Shown here piece by piece: positions 1 through 9,499 of a stretch of 64,000 nt of DNA (positions within the stretch are counted from its first letter, which is position 1; every line of letters starts with the position of its first letter). This stretch comes from Anaerohalosphaeraceae bacterium. GTDB lineage: Bacteria; Planctomycetota; Phycisphaerae; Sedimentisphaerales; Anaerohalosphaeraceae. A model generated the notes under the pieces. That model ran no database searches, was not told the origin of the DNA, and was given only the letters and a program-made list of their open reading frames with translations. The DNA is taken from the NCBI GenBank assembly GCA_963675525.2, contig CAXXSL010000013.1, forward strand, positions 32,001 to 96,000, read 5' to 3'. The position numbers and the translations under genes were made by a program.

Positions 1-167
1 ACAAGGATGACAACACTGTCCTGGAGGTCTATCAGGCCGGCTATATGATGGGTGAGCAGGTGCTGCGGCCGAGCAAGGTCATCGTTAATAAGATCGCAGA
101 CGAAAAACCGGTCGAAGAAATGCCTGCAGACGATGCCGAAACAACCGACACCGAGCCGGAGGTCTAA
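1..167 (+). CDS. grpE: Nucleotide exchange factor GrpE, C-terminal part (5'-truncated by window edge)
   Basis: Frame from base 3 reads KDDNTVLEVYQAGYMMGEQVLRPSKVIV...EPEV*, matching the GrpE V..VxQxGY.....VLRPAxVxV motif; not in the ORF track. Confidence 0.85.
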   Translation, partial: KDDNTVLEVYQAGYMMGEQVLRPSKVIVNKIADEKPVEEMPADDAETTDTEPEV

Positions 168-168
168 G

Positions 169-498
169 ATGCCCACGTATGACTATAAGTGCGACAACTG
201 TGACCATACGATGGAGGCATTCCAGTCGATCACAGCCAAGCCGCTGAAAAAATGCCCCGAATGCGGCAAGCTGAAACTCAAACGCCTGCTGGGAACCGGC
301 GCGGGGCTGATCTTTAAAGGCAGCGGCTTCTACGAAACCGACTACCGCAGCGACAGTTATAAAAAGGCGGCTGAAAGCGATAAACCAAAAGCCGACAGCC
401 AAAAAACAGACGGCAAGAAAGAGTCAAAAGCAGGAGTCAAAAAGGCGAACACAAAACTAGCAGCCAAAACATCCACAAAGAAAGAGAAAAAAGATTGA
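169..498 (+). CDS. FmdB-family zinc-ribbon regulatory protein
   Basis: MPTYDYKCDNC...CPECG...FKGSGFYETDY motif with Lys-rich tail; ATG at 169 directly follows the grpE stop. Confidence 0.9.
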   Translation: MPTYDYKCDNCDHTMEAFQSITAKPLKKCPECGKLKLKRLLGTGAGLIFKGSGFYETDYRSDSYKKAAESDKPKADSQKTDGKKESKAGVKKANTKLAAKTSTKKEKKD

Positions 499-524
499 TT
501 TTGGGGGAGTAAGGATAATTGCTC

Positions 525-1040
525 CTACTGTTCCTCTTTGCGTGACAGATAAATGTACATAAGAAAAACTACCGTACTCAATAAAACTAATTGTATGAAG
601 AAGCCATGGATTGTTTGCACTGGCATATATTGTAGAAGAAATTTGTAATAGTCCAGAGAAAATGTGTGACTACGGTATCGCACAAAATGAAAAAATTTGA
701 TGCATATCATCAATATGGACAAGAAGAATGTGAGAAAGTAACCGACCTTCCTACGCTGAATAAGTAAACAGCCTGATACAATTCCCATGACAATGAATAT
801 TGAGGATTCGATCCAGTTGATACGTATCTCAGTCAATATTGATGTTTCTAGTTCATCTGCGGTTTTATCTTTAATTGAACTTTGCTGCTTTATCCAATCA
901 GGGGATTGTGTAGCCTCCATTGCGAGGTCTTGTATACTTTCATTTTGTTGAAAAGGGGGAGGAAATAGATATGGTATCTGAGAAAGCCATGTTAGAGCAT
1001 ATATGACACCAACAAATTTTATTATGGAATTTCTATTCAT
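525..1040 (-). CDS. Hypothetical membrane protein (AT-rich ORFan)
   Basis: About 4 hydrophobic segments; visibly more AT-rich than neighbours; start set at MNRNSII. Confidence 0.6.
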   Translation of the reverse strand: MNRNSIIKFVGVIYALTWLSQIPYLFPPPFQQNESIQDLAMEATQSPDWIKQQSSIKDKTADELETSILTEIRINWIESSIFIVMGIVSGCLLIQRRKVGYFLTFFLSILMICIKFFHFVRYRSHTFSLDYYKFLLQYMPVQTIHGFFIQLVLLSTVVFLMYIYLSRKEEQ

Positions 1041-1154
1041 CAATTTCCACCGGTTCCGCTCGAAACAAATCGCAGAATACCAGATTGGGGTGAAAATACG
1101 AGAAAAATTATTATTTTGTAAGGTGCAACTAATACACACGGATTTCAATTGCTC

Positions 1155-1694
1155 TTATTTTATCAACTTTGCCAGCTCGCGGAATTTTTCGTGTTTGCTG
1201 GTTCGGAGCAATTCGAACAGGCACATTTCCGTTGAGCTCAATGTCACGCCGGCTTTGCCCATGCGATGCAGGGCGATTTGTTTGTTTTCGTTGGTTCGCG
1301 AGGACACGGCATCGGCGATGACGTGAACATCCATCCCCTTGTCCATCAGATCCATGGCCGTTTGAAAAACGCAAACATGTGCCTCAATACCGCAAAGAAT
1401 GGCGGTCTTTGGCTTGATGCGTTCCAGTTCGGCCGCGATCGCTTCATCGCCGCAGCAACTGAAGGAACATTTATCGAACGATGCTTGTTCATTGAGCAAC
1501 GACCATAAAGGTTGGATGGTCGGGCCCAGCACATCGGGGACCTGCTGGCACCAGAGAATGGGCATATTCAACGCTTGGGCGAGTTTGACCAGAACGACGC
1601 AGTTAGATTCGACCTGCTCGGCATTAAACATCAGCTTGTGCAGTTTTTCCTGAATATCAATGATGACCAGACAGGTGTTTTCGGGGGCGAGCAT
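1155..1694 (-). CDS. Isochorismatase-family cysteine hydrolase
   Basis: LVIIDIQEKL, K in DKCSFSC, GIEAHVCVFQTA, DAVSSR motifs. Confidence 0.92.
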   Translation of the reverse strand: MLAPENTCLVIIDIQEKLHKLMFNAEQVESNCVVLVKLAQALNMPILWCQQVPDVLGPTIQPLWSLLNEQASFDKCSFSCCGDEAIAAELERIKPKTAILCGIEAHVCVFQTAMDLMDKGMDVHVIADAVSSRTNENKQIALHRMGKAGVTLSSTEMCLFELLRTSKHEKFRELAKLIK

Positions 1695-1712
1695 CCGTGT
1701 CTCCTGTTTTCT

Positions 1713-2696
1713 CTATTCTTCCGTGATCCGCTCGACCTGGATCGTCAATTGAACAGTTCGGTCCTGCACGTCATAATTGCCTGCCAGTGTCGGGATCGAC
1801 GGGGCCGGATAACCGGTTTCATCCAGTTCGGGATCGCCTTCGTTTTTGGCGAATACCGAATCGCCCTTCTGATTGGCTTCCGCGTAACGGGTTGCCAGCC
1901 GCCTGTACAACTGGGGACTATCCTCGAACAGCAGCGCTGCGATCTGTTTGGCCTGCGGATCGACAATCTCGGTCATCGCGCCATCCTCGGGGCCGGGGAC
2001 CTGAAGGGCCACCCCCCGGCATTGAGAACGAACCGCCGCCAGAGAATCCATCAGGCCGGCCACTTTTTTAGGCGGAGCCGTAATATAAAAACGGGTCACA
2101 TTCACCGTTCGTTCCGGGAATGCCTGAGCCATCAAGCCCTGCTTATCGATCGCCTGTTTCACTGTTGTGTTGACACTGCTGTACTCGTCCGTCTTTAAAA
2201 CCAATACGCCGTTGAACGGCAACTCGTCGACAAGGCCAACGGAGGCCGTATCGGTGCCGGCCGAGGGATCGCCCTGGGCTGCAAAACCGCCGATGGGTTC
2301 ATAGTCAACAAGACCGCCGGATGGACGCTTGACGATCTGGAAAACCACCAATGCCAAAAGCCCCAAAGGCAGCAGCACCATCGCCGCCGATGCCATCAGA
2401 CGACGCGCGAAAAGATGTGTGGTTGCCGCCGATATTTTCGTATTGTCCGCAAAGTTATTGAGGATCATCTTTCGTTCCATCTCGGAACGAATCTCGTCGA
2501 GCAGTCCCGCCGGAGCCGTCTCGACCGGTAAGGCATTTAATACCGCGGTTTGACGCTTCAATGCCTTGAAACGATCCAGCAACGCCGCATCATGGACCAT
2601 CAGCCGCTTCAGTTCGGTTTTTTGCCGTTGGGTCGCCTGACCGTCCAAATAAAGACTGATCAATTCGTCCGCATCAATTTTATGTTCTTCGTTCAT
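1713..2696 (-). CDS. Putative membrane anti-sigma factor
   Basis: N-terminal ELISLYLDGQ...ELKRL anti-sigma-like helix, one TM (AAMVLLPLGLLALVVF); overlaps the upstream ECF sigma by 4 nt. Confidence 0.7.
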   Translation of the reverse strand: MNEEHKIDADELISLYLDGQATQRQKTELKRLMVHDAALLDRFKALKRQTAVLNALPVETAPAGLLDEIRSEMERKMILNNFADNTKISAATTHLFARRLMASAAMVLLPLGLLALVVFQIVKRPSGGLVDYEPIGGFAAQGDPSAGTDTASVGLVDELPFNGVLVLKTDEYSSVNTTVKQAIDKQGLMAQAFPERTVNVTRFYITAPPKKVAGLMDSLAAVRSQCRGVALQVPGPEDGAMTEIVDPQAKQIAALLFEDSPQLYRRLATRYAEANQKGDSVFAKNEGDPELDETGYPAPSIPTLAGNYDVQDRTVQLTIQVERITEE

Positions 2697-3307
2697 GTCA
2701 GCACCGTTTCCAATAAATCCCGCAAAGCCATTCGGGCCCGGCTGAGCCGGCTCTTGACTGTCCCAAGCTCAATATCCAGCACCTGAGCGATTTCCTCATA
2801 ACTCATCTGCTCAATGTCCCGCAGAACCAGAATTGTTCGGTATTCTTCCTGAAGCTGCCCGATCGAGTCGATGACACGCTGCAGGAGTTCTTTCTGCTGG
2901 ACGATTCTGGCCGGATCATTCTTTTCCGAATCCGCCAGGATCGAGCCCAACCGCTCTCTTTGCTTTTCAAGGTTTTCATTTGTCGCATCGAGCGACACCG
3001 GCGAGAGTTTAAAACGTCTACGGCAATGATTCAGCGTCAGGTTGACCGCTACACGAAACAGCCATGTATAAAAGCTGCTTTTGCCGCGAAACGTATGAAT
3101 GCTCTCTAATACTTTGACAAACGTATCCTGTGTAAGTTCCGCAGCATCATCCCGATTTGTACAAATTTTAAGAATTGTGTTATATATCCTATCCTGATAC
3201 TTTACAATTAAACAAGACATGGCCTCCGGGTCGCCGTGCTGACACTGGCGAACCAAGGTTTCGTCATCTAAGCTTATATTATCCTTATGTTTATGGAAAA
3301 TTTCCAA
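2693..3307 (-). CDS. ECF sigma-70 family RNA polymerase sigma factor
   Basis: DAAELTQDTFVK, FRGKSSFYTWLFRVAVN, SYEEIAQVLDIELGTVKSRLSRAR; TTG start. Confidence 0.95.
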   Translation of the reverse strand: MEIFHKHKDNISLDDETLVRQCQHGDPEAMSCLIVKYQDRIYNTILKICTNRDDAAELTQDTFVKVLESIHTFRGKSSFYTWLFRVAVNLTLNHCRRRFKLSPVSLDATNENLEKQRERLGSILADSEKNDPARIVQQKELLQRVIDSIGQLQEEYRTILVLRDIEQMSYEEIAQVLDIELGTVKSRLSRARMALRDLLETVLT

Positions 3308-3415
3308 CTATCAATCCCCATGTTACAGTGAAGAAAATTCATCTTTGACAATTATTATCGTCTTTAATTATACACATTTAGGGCGGTCCGAAACAAGTAC
3401 CGATTTTTTTGTTTT

Positions 3416-3949
3416 TTACGGTCTGAACCGAATTTTTGAAAGGCCATTAAATCGACTGTCCCCCACCATGCATGTCACTTCCAACAGATAGTTCATCTCG
3501 GCCGTCGGCAAAAAGCCCAGCGGCAAGTAAAACTCATACGACCGAAGGTAATCTTTCCAGTACCGGCTGTTTTCGGCGGCCCCGGTCAGGTCCATGTCCG
3601 GCCAGATAATCAGCCGCTTGCCTCGCGGGTCCGATGACAACGGCTTGTACTCATACAACTCAAAGCGAAAAATACCGGGTTTTTTCAGTTGGGAATCATA
3701 CGCATCCAGCAGTTCCACAAATGTCTTGATCTCGCTTTTTTCAGGGTCTTCCTGTGAAACGACAAAGTCGGTCAACGCTGAAATGCGGACGCGCTGAATG
3801 GTAAACCCCTGCTGAGCCAATGTACCAGATGGTTGAGCGACGGGACCTTCGCAACCGCAGACAAAAAATGCCAGCCATGCAATCAATAGCCCCATGCAAT
3901 TGAACATCCTTATCAACATGAATAATTGATGCCGCTTACAGATCTTCAT
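3416..3949 (-). CDS. Hypothetical lipoprotein
   Basis: Hydrophobic stretch ending FVCGC (lipobox-like); coupled to ribBA; start uncertain. Confidence 0.6.
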   Translation of the reverse strand: MKICKRHQLFMLIRMFNCMGLLIAWLAFFVCGCEGPVAQPSGTLAQQGFTIQRVRISALTDFVVSQEDPEKSEIKTFVELLDAYDSQLKKPGIFRFELYEYKPLSSDPRGKRLIIWPDMDLTGAAENSRYWKDYLRSYEFYLPLGFLPTAEMNYLLEVTCMVGDSRFNGLSKIRFRP

Positions 3950-5174
3950 CCAAGAGATGCCCGAATCGAATTTTTTTGGTTTGCAGATACTTGCGATTAT
4001 GCTCTGACGGTACGGCTTTGAGCGGAATTTGTTCGATAACTTTAATGCCGTACACTTCCAGACGCGATACCTTTTTCGGATTATTGGTCAGAATCCGCAC
4101 ATTCGTCAATCCCAGGTCCCGGCAGATTTGTGCCCCGATGCCGTAGTCGCGCTTGTCGGCCATGAATCCCAGTTGCAGATTCGCATCCACCGTATCGAGC
4201 CCCTGCTCCTGAAGTTTATAGGCATGGAGTTTATTGGCCAGCCCGATCCCGCGGCCTTCCTGCCGCAAATAGATCAAGGCCCCCTTGCCGGCCTCTTCGA
4301 TCATTTGCATGGCGGTAATCATCTGGTAGCCGCATTCACACCGCTGCGAATGGAACAAATCGCCGGTCATGCATTCGGAGTGCACGCGAATCAAAACCGG
4401 CTCGTCGTGCTGAATCGGCCTGCCATCGGCGTCCAGTTCACCGACGCCGCCCTTGCACAACGCCAGATGCGGTTCGGTGGTGCCGGGGCTTTCATAGCCG
4501 ATCATCTTAAACTCGCCGTAATCGGTCGGCAGTTTGATGTGCTGAACGCGATGGACGTGCTGCTCCCGCTGAAAACGGTATTCCACCAGCTTGGCAATGG
4601 ACGTCATTTTCAAATCGAACTTTTCGCAGTACTTTTCCAACTCCGGCACGCGGGCCATTGTTCCGTCGTCATTCATGATCTCGCAGATGACACCCGCCGG
4701 CTGTAAGTTGGCCAGTCTCATCAAATCCACAGCGCCTTCGGTTTGCCCGACGCGTACCAGCACGCCGCCATCCCGCTCGCGCAATGGAAAAACATGCCCC
4801 GGACGGGCCAGGTCAAATGGTGTGGATTCCGGATCGGCGGCAACACGAATGGTATGGGCGCGATCGGCGGCGCTGATACCGGTGGTGATGCCTTCCCGTG
4901 CATCGACGGTGACAGTAAATGCCGTTCCCAGTCGGGCGGTATTGTCGGGGCTTTGGGGGTGCAGATTCAGCCTGTCGCACTGATCGCCGCCCAACGGCAC
5001 GCAAATCATGCCGCGGCCGTGTGTCGCCATGAAATTAATGATTTCCGGCGTGACCAACTCGGCCGCACAGACAAGGTCGCCTTCGTTCTCGCGGTCTTCA
5101 TCATCCACCAGAACAATCATTTTGCCCTGTTTTAAATCGTCCAGTATGTCGGGGATCTCGCTTATCATACTCAT
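3936..5174 (-). CDS. ribBA: Bifunctional DHBP synthase / GTP cyclohydrolase II
   Basis: [53 protein letters not shown]. Confidence 0.97.
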   Translation of the reverse strand: MSMISEIPDILDDLKQGKMIVLVDDEDRENEGDLVCAAELVTPEIINFMATHGRGMICVPLGGDQCDRLNLHPQSPDNTARLGTAFTVTVDAREGITTGISAADRAHTIRVAADPESTPFDLARPGHVFPLRERDGGVLVRVGQTEGAVDLMRLANLQPAGVICEIMNDDGTMARVPELEKYCEKFDLKMTSIAKLVEYRFQREQHVHRVQHIKLPTDYGEFKMIGYESPGTTEPHLALCKGGVGELDADGRPIQHDEPVLIRVHSECMTGDLFHSQRCECGYQMITAMQMIEEAGKGALIYLRQEGRGIGLANKLHAYKLQEQGLDTVDANLQLGFMADKRDYGIGAQICRDLGLTNVRILTNNPKKVSRLEVYGIKVIEQIPLKAVPSEHNRKYLQTKKIRFGHLLDEDL

Positions 5175-5194
5175 GTATTTATCATTCCCAATTG

Positions 5195-5809
5195 TCAGGA
5201 TTGTTTCTCGGCCTCGCTTTCGAATCGCTCAATATACCGAATTCCCCGCCAAATGTAAACAAAAGTTGCCATTAAAGCCCAAAATCCGGTCGTCCACCAT
5301 ATCAGACGCACTAACAGCGGCCAAAATTTCAGTTGAACAGAAACATCCGGGCCAATCAGGATAGACAGAACCATGCAAATCTGAAAAAAGGTCGAGGCCT
5401 TGCCCGCCCAGACGGGCTTGATGTGGACGCTGCCGGTCAGAAAATAGGTCACCGCAAAGCCCAACAGCAGCAGCACATCTTTACCGATAATCAGCACGAC
5501 TACCGTCAGCGGCAGGCGAAACTCCGCTACCGCTGTTTGCGGCAGTGCCAGAATCACACTGGCACAGGTAATCATGAGCTTATCCGCCAACGGGTCCAAA
5601 AATGCGCCCAGCGGTGTGACCTGTTTTTTGACGCGGGCCAGGTAGCCATCGAGTGCGTCACTGGCGGCCATAATGACGAATATTCCCAGTGCGGCCCAGC
5701 GCATGAATGAACTGTACGCCGGATTGGCCGCCTTGAGCAGACACATTACAAACGGCAGAATCAACAGGATTCGTAAAATGGTCACCAAATTGGCTAAGGT
5801 TAAAAGCAT
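5195..5809 (-). CDS. CDP-alcohol phosphatidyltransferase (PgsA-like)
   Basis: ANLVTILR and DALDGYLAR...[10 protein letters not shown] signature. Confidence 0.92.
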   Translation of the reverse strand: MLLTLANLVTILRILLILPFVMCLLKAANPAYSSFMRWAALGIFVIMAASDALDGYLARVKKQVTPLGAFLDPLADKLMITCASVILALPQTAVAEFRLPLTVVVLIIGKDVLLLLGFAVTYFLTGSVHIKPVWAGKASTFFQICMVLSILIGPDVSVQLKFWPLLVRLIWWTTGFWALMATFVYIWRGIRYIERFESEAEKQS

Positions 5810-5813
5810 AGAA

Positions 5814-6260
5814 TCAAAAGTTTATGGTTATACTTTTAGGAACTTTTAAAACATACCAATCATGACACCAGATATAATATCTGTTCTTTTCTTCATCCGT
5901 CAAGTGACCGTCAGAAACATAAACGAACTGCCGTACTTTTCCCCGTGCTCTAACATACACATCCAACCGCCAAGTCTGACGTTCAGCAATTAAATGATAA
6001 TCGACTTTAAAATCCTTAATCCCATTGATACAAGATAAATCTACAGAAGGTGAATAATTTCCGGGAGGTTCCTGATTATCTTCAACATATTGTTTTATGG
6101 AATAAATCGTTTCTTCTAATTCTAAATTATGAGCAACCATATCTTCAAGCCCAAACCAGCAAAAACGGTCGTACATTTGATAAGCGATAAATGAACCTAT
6201 ACTCACAATAATAAGCAACATAACCAAAAGAATGTATTTGAATATCCGCCATTTTTTCAT
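5814..6260 (-). CDS. Hypothetical membrane-anchored protein (AT-rich ORFan)
   Basis: MKKWRIFK plus one TM; GGAGA upstream; AT-rich relative to flanks. Confidence 0.6.
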   Translation of the reverse strand: MKKWRIFKYILLVMLLIIVSIGSFIAYQMYDRFCWFGLEDMVAHNLELEETIYSIKQYVEDNQEPPGNYSPSVDLSCINGIKDFKVDYHLIAERQTWRLDVYVRARGKVRQFVYVSDGHLTDEEKNRYYIWCHDWYVLKVPKSITINF

Positions 6261-6282
6261 TAACGCAATTCTCCACAGAAAA

Positions 6283-7035
6283 CTATATACTTCTTCCGCC
6301 ATCAACACAAATGACTTGCCCGGTGATGTAGGGGTTATCGAGCAGGAATTCGATGGTTCGGGTGATGTCTTTCGGGTCACCGAATCTGCCGGCGGGAATT
6401 AGTTTGAGTTGTTTCTGTTCTTCGGAGGGGTCCATTTTGCCGGGCCATGTGACGATGCCGGGGGCAATGGCGTTGACGGTCACGCCGGGGGCCAATTCTT
6501 TAGCCAGTGATTTGGTCGCGGCAATCAATCCTCCACGCGATGCGCAATAGGGACTGTATCCGCCCCACGGTTTGACTCCCGCCACATCGACCATGTTGAT
6601 GATCGCCGCGAAGGGTTCTTCGACATTTTCCCAATCGGCCCCCTGCTGCTTAAGATACGCCGCAAACGCATTACATAATAATAGCGGCGCTGTCAGATTG
6701 ACCGCTATTAGTTTCAAGACATCGGCCTGTGATAAAGTTCCCAGCGGCTGGCGTGCAAAAATTGAGGCTGAATTGATGAGTACCCGCACGGGGCTAAGAT
6801 TTTTGGCTTTTTCAAAAATAATGTCGGCCGCATCGGGATCGGCCAAGTCGGCGCTGACCGCAACGGCCCGCCTGCCTGTTTTTTTGATGGCGGCAACCAC
6901 ATTATTGACTTCGTCCCGGCCGGAAAGATAATGGCACACACAGTCGGCGCCTCTTTCGGCAAGGGCCAAGGCGATCCGGGCACCCAACTGTCCGCCAGCG
7001 CCGGTGATAATGGCTGTTTTATTCGTTAGCTCCAT
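6283..7035 (-). CDS. Short-chain dehydrogenase, pteridine reductase/FolM-like
   Basis: TGAGGQLG, CHY, INSASIF, INMVD, YCASR (YxxxK with K>R), VNAIAPG, ITGQVICVDGG. Confidence 0.85.
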   Translation of the reverse strand: MELTNKTAIITGAGGQLGARIALALAERGADCVCHYLSGRDEVNNVVAAIKKTGRRAVAVSADLADPDAADIIFEKAKNLSPVRVLINSASIFARQPLGTLSQADVLKLIAVNLTAPLLLCNAFAAYLKQQGADWENVEEPFAAIINMVDVAGVKPWGGYSPYCASRGGLIAATKSLAKELAPGVTVNAIAPGIVTWPGKMDPSEEQKQLKLIPAGRFGDPKDITRTIEFLLDNPYITGQVICVDGGRSI

Positions 7036-7095
7036 ACATACAAGATACTCTATCACACTAAATATGGCAAGATAGAAACAAAACGGTATCAGGGT

Positions 7096-7226
7096 AAATC
7101 CTAAATCCGAAGCACAAAATTCGAAACAAATCAAAATACTAAAATCCAAATGTCTGAAATAGAACAGTTTTGGACATTTGATAATTTGTGCTTCGAATTT
7201 GTTTCGGGTTTCGGATTTAGAATTTT
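7096..7226. repeat. Heptamer-based imperfect long inverted repeat (AAATCCT/AAATCCG/AATTCGA units)
   Basis: Left arm aaatcctaaatccgaagcacaaaattcgaaacaaat is mirrored by ...atttgtgcttcgaatttgtttcgggtttcggatttagaattt; inner stem caaatgtc/gacatttg. Confidence 0.75.
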
Positions 7227-7290
7227 AAGACTTGCAGGGCTTGATTATAGCGTTATAATGCGGTTTTAATGAAACCTTTAAGGATTGATA

Positions 7291-8010
7291 ATGGCTTTGC
7301 TGAATGTGAATATTGACCATGTCGCGACGATTCGTCAGGCGCGGAAGACCGATGAGCCGGACCCGGTATGGGCGGCGGTGCAGTGCGAACTGGCGGGCGC
7401 CAACGGGATTACGGTGCATCTGCGTCAGGACCGGCGGCATATCAATGACCGGGACGTGATGGTGCTCAAAGAAACCGTGGCCAGCAAGTTCAACCTAGAA
7501 ATGTGCCTGTCCGAATCCATCGTTAAGATTGCCGAAAAGGTCAGGCCCGACCAGGTCACGCTGGTTCCGGAAAACCGGGCGGAGTTGACCACCGAAGGCG
7601 GACTGGACTGTGCGAAATTAAAAAAGCGGCTGGCGGCCATTACCAAACGGATGCACAAAAAAGGCATTCTGGTCAGTACGTTTATTCTGCCGGACGAAAA
7701 ACAGATTCTGGCAACGGCGGAAGCCGGCTGCGACGCGGTGGAACTGCACACGGGTCAATACGCCAATGCCGTCAAAGACAGTCTCATTGAAAAGCGGCTC
7801 AACGAACTGCGGGACGCGCGGGATATTGCCACCGCCGCCGGACTGGTCGTTCACGCCGGACACGGGCTGACCTATCGCAACATTCGCCCTGTCGCCCGGA
7901 TCGAGGGACTGTGCGAATTCAATATCGGCCACAGTATTATCAGCCGGGCAGTGCTGGTCGGGATCAAAAAAGCGACGATAGAAATGTATCGGCTCATACA
8001 AAATCCATAG
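7291..8010 (+). CDS. pdxJ: Pyridoxine 5'-phosphate synthase
   Basis: LNVNIDHVATIRQAR, GITVHLRQDRRHI, VTLVPE..ELTTEGG, VELHTG, HAGHGL, NIGHSI. Confidence 0.97.
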   Translation: MALLNVNIDHVATIRQARKTDEPDPVWAAVQCELAGANGITVHLRQDRRHINDRDVMVLKETVASKFNLEMCLSESIVKIAEKVRPDQVTLVPENRAELTTEGGLDCAKLKKRLAAITKRMHKKGILVSTFILPDEKQILATAEAGCDAVELHTGQYANAVKDSLIEKRLNELRDARDIATAAGLVVHAGHGLTYRNIRPVARIEGLCEFNIGHSIISRAVLVGIKKATIEMYRLIQNP

Positions 8011-8019
8011 GAGATTAAA

Positions 8020-8895
8020 ATGTTTAGCGGGACGTTAGTTGCATTAGTTACCCCTTTCTCGGAAGGTCAGGTAGATTTTGAAACACTGACCGAATTGGTG
8101 GAGTTTCACCTCGATAGCGGTACGGACGGGCTGGTGCCTGTCGGCACGACCGGCGAATCGCCTACGCTGACCTATGAAGAACACAAACAGGTGATTAAAC
8201 GCGTCGTCGAGGTTGCCGGCGGAAAAATCCCCGTGGTCGCAGGCACAGGCTCCAACAGTACAGCCGAAGCGATTGAATTGACGGCCTATGCCAAAAAAGT
8301 CGGTGTCGATGCTTCACTGCAGGTGGCCCCCTATTACAACAAGCCCACGCAGGAAGGATTCTATGAACATTTCAAGGCGATTGCCGAAGAGGTGGACCTG
8401 CCGATGGTGCTGTATAACATCCCCGGCCGGTGCGGCGGGTCGGGCCTGACGCCGGAAACCATTGCCAGGTTAGCGGAACTGGAGAACGTGGTCGGTGTCA
8501 AAGAAGCAACCGGACGCTTGGACCAGGCCAGCGAAATCGCCATGCTTTGCGATTTGACGATTTTGTCGGGCGATGATTCGCTGACGCTGCCGCTGGCTTC
8601 GGTCGGGGCCAAAGGCGTTATCAGCGTGGTCGCCAATATTGTGCCGGCCGATGTTAAAGCCATGACGGATTTGATTCTGGAAGGTGATTTTGTACAAGCA
8701 CGCAAATGGCACCGAAAACTGTTCACCCTGTCGAAAAACATGCTGACGCTGGCGACGAATCCGATCCCGATCAAAGCGGCGATGGCAATGCTGAACATGG
8801 CCTCTGATGAAATGCGTCTGCCAATGACGAATCTAAACGAACAGCAGGAAGCGGTTTTGCAGAAAGCCCTGAAAGACTACGGTCTGCTGGGGTAA
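8020..8895 (+). CDS. dapA: 4-hydroxy-tetrahydrodipicolinate synthase
   Basis: ALVTPF, GTTGESPTL, PYYNKPTQEG, LYNIPGR, GVKEATG, LSGDD. Confidence 0.97.
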   Translation: MFSGTLVALVTPFSEGQVDFETLTELVEFHLDSGTDGLVPVGTTGESPTLTYEEHKQVIKRVVEVAGGKIPVVAGTGSNSTAEAIELTAYAKKVGVDASLQVAPYYNKPTQEGFYEHFKAIAEEVDLPMVLYNIPGRCGGSGLTPETIARLAELENVVGVKEATGRLDQASEIAMLCDLTILSGDDSLTLPLASVGAKGVISVVANIVPADVKAMTDLILEGDFVQARKWHRKLFTLSKNMLTLATNPIPIKAAMAMLNMASDEMRLPMTNLNEQQEAVLQKALKDYGLLG

Positions 8896-8900
8896 CGGGG

Positions 8901-8981
8901 AAAACTCGAAATCCTAAAGCTCAAAATCCTAAACAACTTTGAATTCTAAAAGGCTCAAAATGTTCAATATTTTGAGCTTTT
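8901..8981. repeat. Second, truncated heptamer-type element ending in a bidirectional terminator-like hairpin
   Basis: aaactcgaaatcctaaagctcaaaatcctaaacaa resembles the 7096 left arm; hairpin aaaggctcaaaat-gttcaat-attttgagctttt lies between convergent genes. Confidence 0.6.
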
Positions 8982-9455
8982 TCATTTTATTTCTTCTTTA
9001 ATTTTATCTAACCGAAGTAGATTTATTGTAACATCAGAAGCTTTAATGGCATCATGACAAGAGTTAATTTTTCGATTCCCAAGAAACCATTTTTCTCCTT
9101 CTCTCAAAAAACACTTTAACATAGCATAAGCACAAGTATCGATGCTTTCGAATTCTTTGCTATATCTGAAACTGTACTTTCTCTTAGGCACAAGTAAATA
9201 AAACCAGTTTTTGATATAATCCGAATCAGGGCCGTTTAGAGCCACACTTTCTTTTTGTGACATTAATTCTCTATTACCAAAATGGAGGCGAAAATATGGC
9301 CCGAAAGTAAATTTATGGATATGAATAAATTCTGCTATATCTCCCACCACCCTTACAAAAAAAGTTTTTTTAGTTCTACAAAAACCATAAGGACTCAGGA
9401 GTTCACCAAATCGTTCAAGAATATATTCGTTATTTTTCTGTACCCAATCTTCCAT
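8982..9455 (-). CDS. Hypothetical protein, DUF4304-like (AT-rich ORFan)
   Basis: ELLSPYGFCRTKKTFFVR..IAEFIHIHK resembles the DUF4304 N-terminus; very AT-rich. Confidence 0.55.
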   Translation of the reverse strand: MEDWVQKNNEYILERFGELLSPYGFCRTKKTFFVRVVGDIAEFIHIHKFTFGPYFRLHFGNRELMSQKESVALNGPDSDYIKNWFYLLVPKRKYSFRYSKEFESIDTCAYAMLKCFLREGEKWFLGNRKINSCHDAIKASDVTINLLRLDKIKEEIK

Positions 9456-9499
9456 TTATTATCAATAATATTTTATCGTGTAAGCAATTAAAAACTGAC

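Noticed and set aside
52..168. N-terminal extension of the FmdB ORF in the ORF track
   Set aside because: Overlaps the grpE 3' end in another frame; the family motif starts at ATG 169
5175..5194. FMN riboswitch upstream of ribBA
   Set aside because: Only 20 bp separate ribBA from the upstream gene
7096..7226. CRISPR array or attC site
   Set aside because: No repeat-spacer periodicity, no cas genes and no RYYYAAC/GTTRRRY attC boxes
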